DNA of 64,000 nucleotides from an uncultured Actinomycetota bacterium (GTDB lineage: Bacteria > Actinomycetota > Actinomycetes > Propionibacteriales > Nocardioidaceae), in assembly GCA_963825755.1 (NCBI GenBank), contig CAWGUS010000003.1, forward strand, positions 15,416 through 79,415, given 5' to 3'. The position numbers were made by a program, and so were the translations under genes. The notes below the pieces were generated by a model. That model saw only the letters and a list, made by a program, of their open reading frames with translations. It was not told where the DNA came from and made no database searches. Positions 23,990 to 34,497 of the stretch are shown here, piece after piece (positions within the stretch are counted from its first letter, which is position 1; each line of letters starts with the position of its first letter).

Positions 23990-25645
23990 TCAGCGCAGCG
24001 CGGCGTCGAGCCCGGAGCGCGCAGAGGAGTAGGCCTCGAGCTCGGCCTCGACCGGCTGCACCACCAGTTCGCGGGAGACGTCGGAGATCGCCGTACGCAG
24101 GTGCTTGTCGGCGGCGCGCGCACGCTTGCGCGCGGTCAGGCCCACCAGGACGCGACACACCAGCGCCAGCACGACACCCGCCAGCACGCCGCCGAGCAAC
24201 AGCAGGGTCGGGACGGCGAACCCGCCCACCTCCGGGGTCGGCACGTTGTCGATCTGGAGGTATGCGCCGAACGCCAGCAGGCCCAGCCACACGGCCCCGA
24301 CCAGGGCTCCGATGATGAGCAGCCACTGCAGCACCCGCACGAGGCCCGCCCAGATCGGGATCCGCGCTGCACCGAGATCGGACCCGGCCAGCGCCTTGTC
24401 GAGCCGGTCGCCGAGGTCGTCGAGACGCGCGGTCGACGCATGGCGTACGGCGCCCGCCCAGGGCCGCGCGAGGCCCTCGGACACCTGGTCGGCCAGGGCG
24501 CGCACCTCGGTGTCGACGCGGGCGCGCTGCACCTGCGTGGCCTGCGGCATCGACGTGCGCGCCGAGCCGGTGAGCGCCTTCCCGGCGCTGCCGAGGTCGA
24601 GGTGCAGCCGCTTGAGCGGGTCGGGCTTGAGCCGGGACAGCCACGAGGTGATCGGCCAGCCGGTGGCACGGTTGGCACGCAGCCTGGTGGAGTCCTCGAC
24701 CGCCTTGACGACCGTGGGCACGCCGGCGGCCTCGGCGAACGCGTCGTCGAGCGCGGCGACGCGCTCCTTGGCCAGGCCGCGCACCTTGCCCTCGCCGGTG
24801 ACCTCCTGGAGGCGCAACGCCGAGCCCTTCACGTCGGCCTCGAGTCGCTGACGGGTGGCCTTCTTCGCAGCGACCCGCTTCGCGATCTCGGCCCGGAGCT
24901 CGTCGACGCCCCAGCCCTCGCTCGCGCTGACGGCCAGCACCGGCACGCCGGCCAGACCGTCGGCCGCGAGCAGTCGGCGTACGTCGTCGATCATCGCCTG
25001 CCGGCGCTCCTCGGGCACCAGGTCGATCTGATTGAGCACGACCAGGATGACGTCCTGGTGGGAGGCGAGTGGGGCGAGGTAGCGGTCGTGGACCGCGGCG
25101 TCGGCGTACTTCTGGGGGTCGAGCACCCATACGAGCATGTCGGCGAGCTGCACGAGCCGGTCGACCTCGAGGTGGTGCGAGACCTCGGTCGAGTCGTGGT
25201 CGGGCAGGTCGAGCAGCACGACGCCCTGGAGGAGGTTGTCCTCCTTGCCGGACGACAGCAGCGAGTCACGGGTCACCTGGTGCCGCGCCGGGATGCCGAG
25301 CCACTCGAGCAGCTCGGGAGCACCTTCGCTCCCCCAGACGCACGCGGTGGCCCACGATGTCGTGGGACGGCGTACGCCGACGGCCGCGAGCTCGATCTCG
25401 GTGAGGGCGTTGAAGGTCGACGACTTGCCGGAGCCCGTCGCACCCGCCAGGGCCACGACGGTGTGGTCGGCCGAGAGCCGCAGGCGGCTGGCGGCACGGT
25501 CGACGACGACCTGTGCGTCGTCGACGATCGTGTCGTCGACGCGACCTCGCGAGGCCGCGACGGCCTGCTCGAGCCCGGTGATGCGCGTCCCGATGTCGGA
25601 ACTGCGGCTCACCAGCTTCTTGGCTCCCTCGAGCACGGAGGTCAT
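23990..25645 (-). CDS. Dynamin-like GTPase with C-terminal TM hairpin (DynB-like)
   Basis: GATGSGKSS, RPTT, DLPD, DPQKYAD, NQID; two TM helices. Confidence 0.85.
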   Translation of the reverse strand: MTSVLEGAKKLVSRSSDIGTRITGLEQAVAASRGRVDDTIVDDAQVVVDRAASRLRLSADHTVVALAGATGSGKSSTFNALTEIELAAVGVRRPTTSWATACVWGSEGAPELLEWLGIPARHQVTRDSLLSSGKEDNLLQGVVLLDLPDHDSTEVSHHLEVDRLVQLADMLVWVLDPQKYADAAVHDRYLAPLASHQDVILVVLNQIDLVPEERRQAMIDDVRRLLAADGLAGVPVLAVSASEGWGVDELRAEIAKRVAAKKATRQRLEADVKGSALRLQEVTGEGKVRGLAKERVAALDDAFAEAAGVPTVVKAVEDSTRLRANRATGWPITSWLSRLKPDPLKRLHLDLGSAGKALTGSARTSMPQATQVQRARVDTEVRALADQVSEGLARPWAGAVRHASTARLDDLGDRLDKALAGSDLGAARIPIWAGLVRVLQWLLIIGALVGAVWLGLLAFGAYLQIDNVPTPEVGGFAVPTLLLLGGVLAGVVLALVCRVLVGLTARKRARAADKHLRTAISDVSRELVVQPVEAELEAYSSARSGLDAALR

Positions 25646-25684
25646 GGTCTCCCTCGGCGGCGGTCCGGATATGACTGGAACAGC

Positions 25685-27496
25685 CTATTGGTCCGAGGTC
25701 GATCCTCCCGATTCCTGGTCCCCCGAAAGTACATTTGTCGGGTCCTTGCGCTGTGCGGCGAATCGCAGGTCGTCGACCCGGCGCGACGCCTGGCGCAGCG
25801 CGTCGGGGGCTTCGGGCGAGACCTGGAGGGCGTCGAGGAGGTCGAGGTATCGCCGTCGCTCTGAGTCCAGGAGCTCGCGGGTCCGTCGTTCGAGGTCCTT
25901 GCGGGCGCGTTCGGCGAGGGTGCGCACGGCCTGGTCGCCGAAGACCGCCTCGAGCAGCTTCTGCCCGAGCACGGCCGACCCACCGGCGATGCCGGCCTCG
26001 GCCCCGGTCACGCCGGCGGTGTGTGCGAAGACGACCACCATCAGCGCCACCGACAGGCCGTTGACCCCGAACGCCAGGAACCGCGCGGTGGAGCGCTTGT
26101 CGGCCCCTTCGGACCGGACCATGTCGAGGACGTCGGCCTGCCAGTCGCGGACGGCGCGCTCCGCCTTGCGGCGGAAGTCACGCGATGCCCGCCCGAGGTC
26201 CTGGCCGGCGTCCTCGAGCAGCGCCTGCCCGGAGGCCATCGACTGCCACGATCCCTCGGCCCGCTCGGCGGCGGCCTCGGCGTGCTCGAGGATCAGCGTC
26301 TCGAGCCCGGACTCGACCGCCACGGTCACCCGCTCGGCCTGCTGCGGCTTGCCGCGTACGGCGTTGACGATGCGGTCTCGGATCCAGCCGACGCGGTTCT
26401 CCAGCGACTTGAGCAGCTCACCGGTGCCGACGAACTCCTGCCAGCGGGCCAGCACCTCGCCACGCAGCAGGGTGCCGTCGGCGGAGGCCGCCACGATCTC
26501 GTCGATGCTGGAGTCGTAGGCCTTGTTGGCGTCGTCGCGGAGACGGCGTACGGCGTCGGCCTGCTCGGTCGCGGCGTCCGCCACCGAGTGGGTACGACGG
26601 GTGAGGTTGCGGATGGCGCCGTCGAGGGTCTGCTTGACCACCCCCGTGCGGGCCTCGGCGTCGGCGGCCAGTGACTCGAGCCAGCCCCGGATGTCGGAGA
26701 CGGCCGCGGGCGGCAGCAGGCCGTCGTCGGTGACGCCGCCCTCGAGGACGGTGAACAGCGGGGAGTCCTTGAGGCCGCGGCTCGCGAGCATCCGGGCGAG
26801 GTGCGTGGAGACGGTGTCGACGGCCTCCTGCGGGGTGCGGTCGAGCACGATCGCCACGGCGGCGGACCGCTCGGCGGCCCGGCGCAGGAACTCCCACGGC
26901 ACCTGGTCGGCGTAGCGCGCTGCGGACGTGACGAACAACCACAGGTCGGCGGCGGCCAGCAGCTGGGCGGCGAGGGTGCGGTTGCGCTCCTCGACCGAGT
27001 CGATGTCGGGTGCGTCGAGGATCGCGAGGCCGGCGGGCACCGAGTCGGACGACACGAGCTGCAGGGCCTCGGGATCGTTGGTCGAGCGCGTCACCCGCTC
27101 GAGGTCGGGCAGCAGCCGGTCCTGGCCGAACCAGTGCGCGTCGGCGGGGTTGTGCACCAGCACGGGCGACCGCGTCGTCGGGCGCAGCACGCCGGGCTCG
27201 GTGACGCGGCGGCCGACCAGGGAGTTGACGAGCGTCGACTTGCCCGCGCCCGTCGACCCACCGACGACGGCCAGCATCGGCGCCTCGATGGTCATCAGCC
27301 GCGGGATGACGTAGTCCTCGAGCTGGTCGACCATCTCGCGCTGCGACTGGCGCTGCTCGTCGACTCCGGGGATCTCCAGGGGCAGCCCGATCTCCTGCAG
27401 GGAGCCGCGCAGGCGCACGAGCGCCGTCAGCATGCGGGTGCTCGCGGCATCACCGCCGGACTTCGCGGTCGCGTCGGGGCGAGGTGTCTCGCTCAT
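25685..27496 (-). CDS. Dynamin-like GTPase (DynA-like)
   Basis: GSTGAGKST, RPTT, DAPD, TSAARYAD; helical C-terminal region. Confidence 0.85.
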   Translation of the reverse strand: MSETPRPDATAKSGGDAASTRMLTALVRLRGSLQEIGLPLEIPGVDEQRQSQREMVDQLEDYVIPRLMTIEAPMLAVVGGSTGAGKSTLVNSLVGRRVTEPGVLRPTTRSPVLVHNPADAHWFGQDRLLPDLERVTRSTNDPEALQLVSSDSVPAGLAILDAPDIDSVEERNRTLAAQLLAAADLWLFVTSAARYADQVPWEFLRRAAERSAAVAIVLDRTPQEAVDTVSTHLARMLASRGLKDSPLFTVLEGGVTDDGLLPPAAVSDIRGWLESLAADAEARTGVVKQTLDGAIRNLTRRTHSVADAATEQADAVRRLRDDANKAYDSSIDEIVAASADGTLLRGEVLARWQEFVGTGELLKSLENRVGWIRDRIVNAVRGKPQQAERVTVAVESGLETLILEHAEAAAERAEGSWQSMASGQALLEDAGQDLGRASRDFRRKAERAVRDWQADVLDMVRSEGADKRSTARFLAFGVNGLSVALMVVVFAHTAGVTGAEAGIAGGSAVLGQKLLEAVFGDQAVRTLAERARKDLERRTRELLDSERRRYLDLLDALQVSPEAPDALRQASRRVDDLRFAAQRKDPTNVLSGDQESGGSTSDQ

Positions 27497-28626
27497 CGGG
27501 TGGGTACCACCTGTCCGGGAAAGGAGATGTAGGGACGAACGGCCCCCAGCCGATCGACGTACTGCTGCCCGCGCACCTCGAAGTCGGGCGGCGGAGTGCC
27601 TCGAAGGTACCGATGATGCAGGAAACCCAGCTCGACCGCCGCCTGCTGGTAGTCGCGCATCGCCTTCTCGCCGGCCTCGCCACCGACCCGGCGGGCGTGC
27701 GCACGGCCCTCGCGACGCGCTGCGAGGCCGACGAGCCACGGGATGTCGGTCTCCGGCAGCAAGCCTCGTCGGGCCGCATCGTGCAGTGCCGCGGTGAGCA
27801 TCAGCTTCTCGGAGCGCCGTCGCCAGACGGCGAACGCCACGACCGCGACGAAGGCCGGCGCCATCAGGGTGAGGTAGACGGTGGCGAAGTTGTCGATGCC
27901 GCCCAGGGTGGCGGAGTTCCACAGCCCGTGCGTGAGCACGGCGACCGCGTAGCCCGCGAGGGGCAGCAACCCGCGTCCGAGGCCGGTGCGGCTCGAGACC
28001 GCAAGCCCGACACCGATGCCGGTGAACGCCGTGAAGAGCGGGTGCGCGAACGGACTCACGAGACACCGCACGACGAACGTGCCGGTGAGCGCCTCGGTGC
28101 CGCCCGGGCCGATGCCGTCGGTGCCGTTGTAGGCCGCGGCGAGGTAGAGGATGTTCTCGGTGAACGCGAAGCCGACGCCGACGAGACCGGCGTAGACCAG
28201 TCCGTCGAGCACGCCGTCGAGCTCGTGGCGCCGCCACCACAGCAGCAGGATGAGGAACAGCCCCTTCGTGGCCTCCTCGGTCACCGGCGCGACGACCGCG
28301 AGCATGTCCATGTCGTCGAAGCCACCGAGCCAGCCGCCGACGCCCTGCAGCACCAGCGCGGCGGCGGTCGCGACCACGGCGCCCCACACCAGGCCGGCGA
28401 CCAGCAGGCTGCGCGGCTCGGGCTCGTAGCGGTCCAGCCAGAGGAGGCAGCCGACCAGCGGACCGACCGGCAGCGCGGCCAGGGCGGTCGCGAGGAGCAG
28501 TGACTCGGGGGCGCCTGACAGGGCGATGACGAGGCCCATCGCGAGGGCCCCGGCGAGCGAGAGCACCGTGACGACGACGGTGAAGGCAACTCCGTCGCGA
28601 CGGGCCTCTCGACGGTACGGGACCAT
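27493..28626 (-). CDS. PrsW-family intramembrane metalloprotease
   Basis: DRYEPEP, EEATK, GFAFTEN, HPLFT, HGLWN. Confidence 0.92.
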   Translation of the reverse strand: MVPYRREARRDGVAFTVVVTVLSLAGALAMGLVIALSGAPESLLLATALAALPVGPLVGCLLWLDRYEPEPRSLLVAGLVWGAVVATAAALVLQGVGGWLGGFDDMDMLAVVAPVTEEATKGLFLILLLWWRRHELDGVLDGLVYAGLVGVGFAFTENILYLAAAYNGTDGIGPGGTEALTGTFVVRCLVSPFAHPLFTAFTGIGVGLAVSSRTGLGRGLLPLAGYAVAVLTHGLWNSATLGGIDNFATVYLTLMAPAFVAVVAFAVWRRRSEKLMLTAALHDAARRGLLPETDIPWLVGLAARREGRAHARRVGGEAGEKAMRDYQQAAVELGFLHHRYLRGTPPPDFEVRGQQYVDRLGAVRPYISFPGQVVPTR

Positions 28627-28675
28627 GCGCGGCAGCCTACTTGAGCAGGTCGGGACCGGGCGTAGAGTGCGGGCT

Positions 28676-30086
<1,411 letters not shown>

Positions 30087-30094
<8 letters not shown>

Positions 30095-30124
30095 GGAGGT
30101 CGCGCAGCGACCGTCTCGAAACCA
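30087..30124. repeat. REP-like palindromic element
   Basis: CTGGTTGAGGAGGTCGCGCAGCGACCGTCTCGAAACC; same family as the copy at 7836. Confidence 0.65.
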
Positions 30125-30136
30125 AGGAGCTGACTC

Positions 30137-31255
30137 GTGGAGTGCCACCACTACGACGCCTTCCGGTGTCGCTCCTGCACCCTGCTCGAGACCGGGTACG
30201 CCGACCAGGTGCGCGACAAGGAGCAGCACTGCCGTGGGCTCGTCGACACACCCGGCCTGACCTGGCTGCCACCGGTGACGGGTCCGGAGTCGGCGTTCCG
30301 CAACAAGGCGAAGATGGTCGTCGCGGGCACCGTCGACGTCCCGACCATCGGCATCCTCGACCCGTCGGGCGACGGCGTCGACCTGCGTGACTGCGGCCTC
30401 CACTCCCCCGGTCTCCGGGCCGCGCTGCCCGAGCTCGCGTCGTTCGTCTCGACGGCCCGACTGGCGCCGTACGACATCGGGACGCGGCGCGGCGAGCTCA
30501 AGCACCTGCTGGTGACCGAGGCGCCGTCGGGCGAGCTGATGGTGCGCTTCGTGCTGCGGTCGCAGGAGCCCGTGACGCGTCTCCGCAAGCACCTGCCGGC
30601 TCTGCTCGCCGTGCTGCCTCGAGTCGCCGTGGTCTCGGTGAACCTCCAGCCCGAGCACAAGGCGGTGCTCGAGGGCGATCGCGAGATCGTGCTGACTCCG
30701 GCCGAGACCCTGACGATGCGCGTCGGCGACCTCGACCTGCACCTCCGGCCGCAGTCGTTCTTCCAGACCAACACGGTGGTCGCGGCGGCTCTCTACCACC
30801 AGGCGGCGACGTGGGTCTCCGCCCTTGAGCCGCCCACGGTCTGGGACCTCTACTGCGGCGTTGGCGGCTTCGCGCTCCACTGCGCCTCGCCAAGCCGTGA
30901 GGTGATCGGCATCGAGGTGAGCACGTCGGCCGTCGAGTCCGCGGCACTGACCGCTGCCGAGTCGGGCCTGGCCGGCGTCGCGTTCGTCGCTGCTGACGCC
31001 ACGGCGTACGCGCTGGGTGCGGAGGCCGCGCCCGAGCTGGTGATCGTGAACCCGCCACGTCGCGGCATCGGCCCCGAGCTCGCGACCTGGCTCGAGTCAT
31101 CGGACGTCGGGCACGTCGTCTACTCGAGCTGCAACGCCGAGTCCCTGGCGCGCGACCTCGCGCTGATGCCGTCGCTGCGGCCGGTGGAGGCGGTGCTGAT
31201 GGACATGTTCCCGCAGACGCGGCACTACGAGGTGATGGTGCTGCTGTCGCGCTGA
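30137..31255 (+). CDS. rlmC: 23S rRNA (uracil-C5)-methyltransferase, RlmC/RumB type
   Basis: N-terminal CxxxxxxxCRSC, FRNKAKM, SFFQTN, DLYCGVG, VNPPRRG, YSSCN, DMFPQT.HYE. Confidence 0.88.
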   Translation: MECHHYDAFRCRSCTLLETGYADQVRDKEQHCRGLVDTPGLTWLPPVTGPESAFRNKAKMVVAGTVDVPTIGILDPSGDGVDLRDCGLHSPGLRAALPELASFVSTARLAPYDIGTRRGELKHLLVTEAPSGELMVRFVLRSQEPVTRLRKHLPALLAVLPRVAVVSVNLQPEHKAVLEGDREIVLTPAETLTMRVGDLDLHLRPQSFFQTNTVVAAALYHQAATWVSALEPPTVWDLYCGVGGFALHCASPSREVIGIEVSTSAVESAALTAAESGLAGVAFVAADATAYALGAEAAPELVIVNPPRRGIGPELATWLESSDVGHVVYSSCNAESLARDLALMPSLRPVEAVLMDMFPQTRHYEVMVLLSR

Positions 31256-31579
31256 GGTCCGGCGTGCACGTGCGACGTGCAGGTGCTTGGAGTCCTGGTA
31301 GCGGCCGAGGTTCGTGAGCACCGCGGCCTCGCCGTACTCCTCCTCGACCTGCCGAGCCACCCGCTGCACCACCGCGAACAGCTCGCGCACCACCGCCTCG
31401 TCGCTCATCCCGATCGTGGTGAACGACGCGATGTGTCGCTTCGGCACGACGACCAGGTGCTGCTCCCAGAACGGGCGCGTGTGGTGGAAGGCCAGCACCT
31501 CGTCGGACTCGTGGACCACGGTCAGCTGCCGGGTGCGCGGAATGGCCACGTCGCAGTAGAAGTCGGTGCCGTCGTACAT
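31225..31579 (-). CDS. HIT-family protein (frameshift at the HxHxH motif)
   Basis: DFYC...LAFHHTRPFW..HLVVVPKRH...NLGRYQDSKHLHV-HVH. Confidence 0.8.
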
Positions 31580-31621
31580 GGCGCCGACGCTAGCCGCACC
31601 CCGGCCGGATAGGTTCGGACC

Positions 31622-32227
31622 GTGGATGAAGTCGCCTGGATCGAGGCCCGCACGCTCGACATCGAGACCGCCAGGGAGACGTTCGCCCTGGCTGCCCGGC
31701 ACGTGCTGGCCGACACGGCCGGCGAGTACCACGCGGTGATCACGGTCGCCGACCTCGCCGAGGCCGTGCAGCAGCGCACCCGCATCCGCACCCGCCAGGC
31801 GGCATCGCTGTGGCTCGGCGACGTGCTCTACCGCGTCGCGAAGGCGTGCCACGGCCGGCGTGAGCCGTTGCTCGGCGCGCTGTGCGTCGGCCCCGACGGT
31901 CGGATGAGCGACTGGTACGCCGACACCGTGACCACCGTTCGCGGCGACACCATCGCCGACGCCGAGCAGCACGCAGCAGAAGAGCGGCTCGACTGCTATC
32001 GCGTGCACGGAGCCGAGCTGCCGCCCGGCGGCGGCGAGCCCGCACTGCCGCCCCGACGCGAGCCGGCCCGCCGCGCGCCCGGCACGAGTCGTGCCAGGCG
32101 TCCCGCTGCGGCCCCGGCCGCACGCCGTACGACGACGTCACGCAAGCCCGAACCCGCTCCCGCCCCTCTCTGCCCGACCTGCTTCATGGTGCTGCCGTCG
32201 ACCGGCATCTGCGACACCTGCGACTGA
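31622..32227 (+). CDS. Hypothetical protein with C-terminal CxxC...CxxC zinc finger
   Basis: Ends CPTCFMVLPSTGICDTCD; -10-like TAGGTT 6 nt before GTG. Confidence 0.7.
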   Translation: MDEVAWIEARTLDIETARETFALAARHVLADTAGEYHAVITVADLAEAVQQRTRIRTRQAASLWLGDVLYRVAKACHGRREPLLGALCVGPDGRMSDWYADTVTTVRGDTIADAEQHAAEERLDCYRVHGAELPPGGGEPALPPRREPARRAPGTSRARRPAAAPAARRTTTSRKPEPAPAPLCPTCFMVLPSTGICDTCD

Positions 32228-32294
32228 GGCCGTCGGGCCGCCCGGGCTCCCGCTGCCGTTATCGGTGCCGCATCCGTCACAATGGTCGCGCCCC

Positions 32295-32371
32295 GCCCCC
32301 GTAGCTCAGCTGGACAGAGCAGCGGCCTTCTAATCCGCCGGTCGGTGGTTCGAATCCACCCGGGGGCGCCA
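32295..32371 (+). tRNA. tRNA-Arg(UCU)
   Basis: Acceptor GCCCCCG/CGGGGGC, D arm TAGCTCAGCTGGACAGAGC, anticodon loop CTTCTAA, T arm GGTTCGAATCC, encoded CCA. Confidence 0.97.
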
Positions 32372-32429
32372 ACGTTTCGCCTGATCGGAGCAGGTTTCCG
32401 CCCGCGGGCCGACGAAGCTCGGGTGACCC

Positions 32430-32448
32430 CGCGCTACTCCCGCGCTAC
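32430..32448 (+). repeat. Putative integrase arm-type site (left)
   Basis: CGCGCTACTCCCGCGCTAC, identical to 43073-43091. Confidence 0.75.
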
Positions 32449-32673
32449 TAGCCACGGCGCGAGTCCGTATCGGTCCGTCTGGGTGTCGCTACGGACCGCG
32501 AGGGTCAACCCTCCGGTCCGGCTCCGTCTCCAGTCTCCTCCCGCCTCCCGGTCGTACGCCGCTCAGAGCCTCCCGAGAGCGCACTGCACGGCTGCAAACA
32601 GGCCTCTCGCGCGTTGACGGTCCCCGGAGGCGGGATCGGCCCTCCCGCCCCTCGCAACGGGAGGAGACGCTAG

Positions 32674-33156
32674 TCACGCTTCGGAACCTCCGTAGGGATC
32701 TTTCAAGCCGTCTAGATTGACCAGACCCGTTGCGACGAGCCCAAGCTCTTCTACGCTCAGAGCTTGGCCGCTTTCCACTTTCACGCGGAGCTCGATCTGA
32801 CGCAGTTCCAGGCTCGCATTCATCAGCTTCAGCTCTGCCCGTTTCGAGGGCAGGATGAACCATCGTGACGTGAACAGGGAGGCGCAGGCGCCAGCCAACA
32901 GGATGCTCGTGAGAAGAATGGTCAATGGTCGGGTCCCGTCGAGCGCGCCAGCGGCGATGGCGACGAGGTAGGCGATCGCACCGGCGGTGAGTGTGCCCAC
33001 GGCTTGCGCAGTTCCCTGAAACAGTAGATCGCTTCCAGTCGAGCGCAATCGCGTCACGCGACCGGAGGCACGTTTTCGATGCGAATCGACACGTGGTCGC
33101 AACTCGGCGATGGTCCTGCGCAGCTCTACGGCCCGCGCATCCTCTAGCTCGGTCAT
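32674..33156 (-). CDS. Hypothetical 2-TM cargo protein
   Basis: 160-aa ORF with two hydrophobic helices flanked by charged helical regions. Confidence 0.55.
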   Translation of the reverse strand: MTELEDARAVELRRTIAELRPRVDSHRKRASGRVTRLRSTGSDLLFQGTAQAVGTLTAGAIAYLVAIAAGALDGTRPLTILLTSILLAGACASLFTSRWFILPSKRAELKLMNASLELRQIELRVKVESGQALSVEELGLVATGLVNLDGLKDPYGGSEA

Positions 33157-33250
33157 CGTGTTTGGTCCTCAATCTGTCTGCCTTACCCAATGGGCAGTGC
33201 CCACCCACCCTGGATCGCAGCCGCTTCGGTCGTGTTGCTTAGATACAAGA

Positions 33251-33303
33251 GAAGCCCCGCACGGCCCGAGGTGATTTCAACATCTCGGTACGTGTGGGGC
33301 TTC
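33251..33303 (-). terminator. Long hairpin, likely intrinsic terminator of the 48-aa gene
   Basis: GAAGCCCCGCACG..CCGAGGTG-loop-CATCTCGG..CGTGTGGGGCTTC; pyrimidine-rich TCTTGT follows on the minus strand. Confidence 0.65.
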
Positions 33304-33369
33304 CCTAGACGTTGTGAGGCTTCCCCTCCATCAACGACATGGTCGAGCGCGCGTCACGCGGTCACATCA

Positions 33370-33516
33370 TCAGAGAGCGGCGCACTCGGAGCAGAGCGGC
33401 TTACCGCCCTTGCCGTCGCGCCGGTTCTCGCTCTCGATGTTGTTGCCGGTGTTGCAGTCCGTGTTGTCGTGATGCACGTTCTGCTTAATCGAGTGCCAAG
33501 CACTGGTCTTAGTCAT
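33370..33516 (-). CDS. 48-aa Cys/His microprotein, absent from the ORF track
   Basis: MTKTSAWHSIKQNVHHDNTDCNTGNNIESENRRDGKGGKPLCSECAAL*; GAGAGGAGG RBS, tandem TGA TGA stops, downstream terminator. Confidence 0.8.
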   Translation of the reverse strand: MTKTSAWHSIKQNVHHDNTDCNTGNNIESENRRDGKGGKPLCSECAAL

Positions 33517-33830
33517 GGGCCCTCCTCTCTCAGCCGTTAACGCGGCTTCTTAACGCCGGGGCCTTTCTCGACCCCTAGACCGAACCCTGCACGATCACAC
33601 CGACGCTTCTCGAGCAACACGCCGAACCCTTAATTACGCGTCGGTGCGTGACAACGAACTACAACGGTGTAACTCATGCACGGTTGAACTCAGTGTGCGT
33701 CCGGCCGGCAGGTCTTGGCAACCGGAAGCGGTCCACAAGTCGGTAACAGAAGATCCACAGTTCTCCTCGGGTCCCGGACAGCCCCGCCCAACCCCGGGAC
33801 CCCAGCGCTGCTTCGGCATAGCCTCCGGTC

Positions 33831-34478
33831 ATGCCAATCAACCTTGAGCTGTTTATCAGGCACACGCGAGGGCACGGCCTGGTCGAAGTGTTTCTGCGAG
33901 GACACTTGTGGATCGAGCAGTTCCTGGCCGAACTGATTGAGGCAGAGGTTCGCAACCCGGCACCGCTTCATCTCGTCAGGATGCCGTTCGCCCAGAAGGT
34001 CAACCTTGCCGAGGCGCTGGCCCTGCTAAGTCCGGGCGATGCGACGACGATTCGATTCCTCAACTCAGTGCGCAATCGGCTGGCACATGACCTCGCAGGC
34101 GAACCAACGAGCATCGACTTGGACCGGCTTGAATCCGGGCTTTCGAAGTCGCAGCAGGAGTTGGTCAGCAAGCTGCGGGCTGTGGCGCCTCAGCCTGATG
34201 AGCCCGAAGACACCGAGGACGTGCGCCGCTTGTCTGCCATCGTTCTCGCCCTCCTCACGGAGATTGAGCAACACCGTCAGTGGCATGTCTACTGGCGCGA
34301 AAACAAGATGCACCTAGACACGCATGGCCTTCTTGTCGCACTCTCCGAACAGCTTGGCATGACACCCATGAGCGCCGAGGAGTACCGGCGTCAGCACGGT
34401 GTGCCTGATCCCCCAACTCCAGCCGATGTAATGCTGCTTCGAGGAGGCACCGCTGACGGTGATGACTCACGTGTCTAG
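33831..34478 (+). CDS. HEPN-superfamily / MltR-like protein
   Basis: HLWIEQFL...FAQKVNLAEAL...LNSVRNRLAH (R-x4-H motif); TAGCCT 6 nt before ATG. Confidence 0.6.
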   Translation: MPINLELFIRHTRGHGLVEVFLRGHLWIEQFLAELIEAEVRNPAPLHLVRMPFAQKVNLAEALALLSPGDATTIRFLNSVRNRLAHDLAGEPTSIDLDRLESGLSKSQQELVSKLRAVAPQPDEPEDTEDVRRLSAIVLALLTEIEQHRQWHVYWRENKMHLDTHGLLVALSEQLGMTPMSAEEYRRQHGVPDPPTPADVMLLRGGTADGDDSRV

Positions 34479-34497
34479 CGTCTCGTAGCCAGGGACG

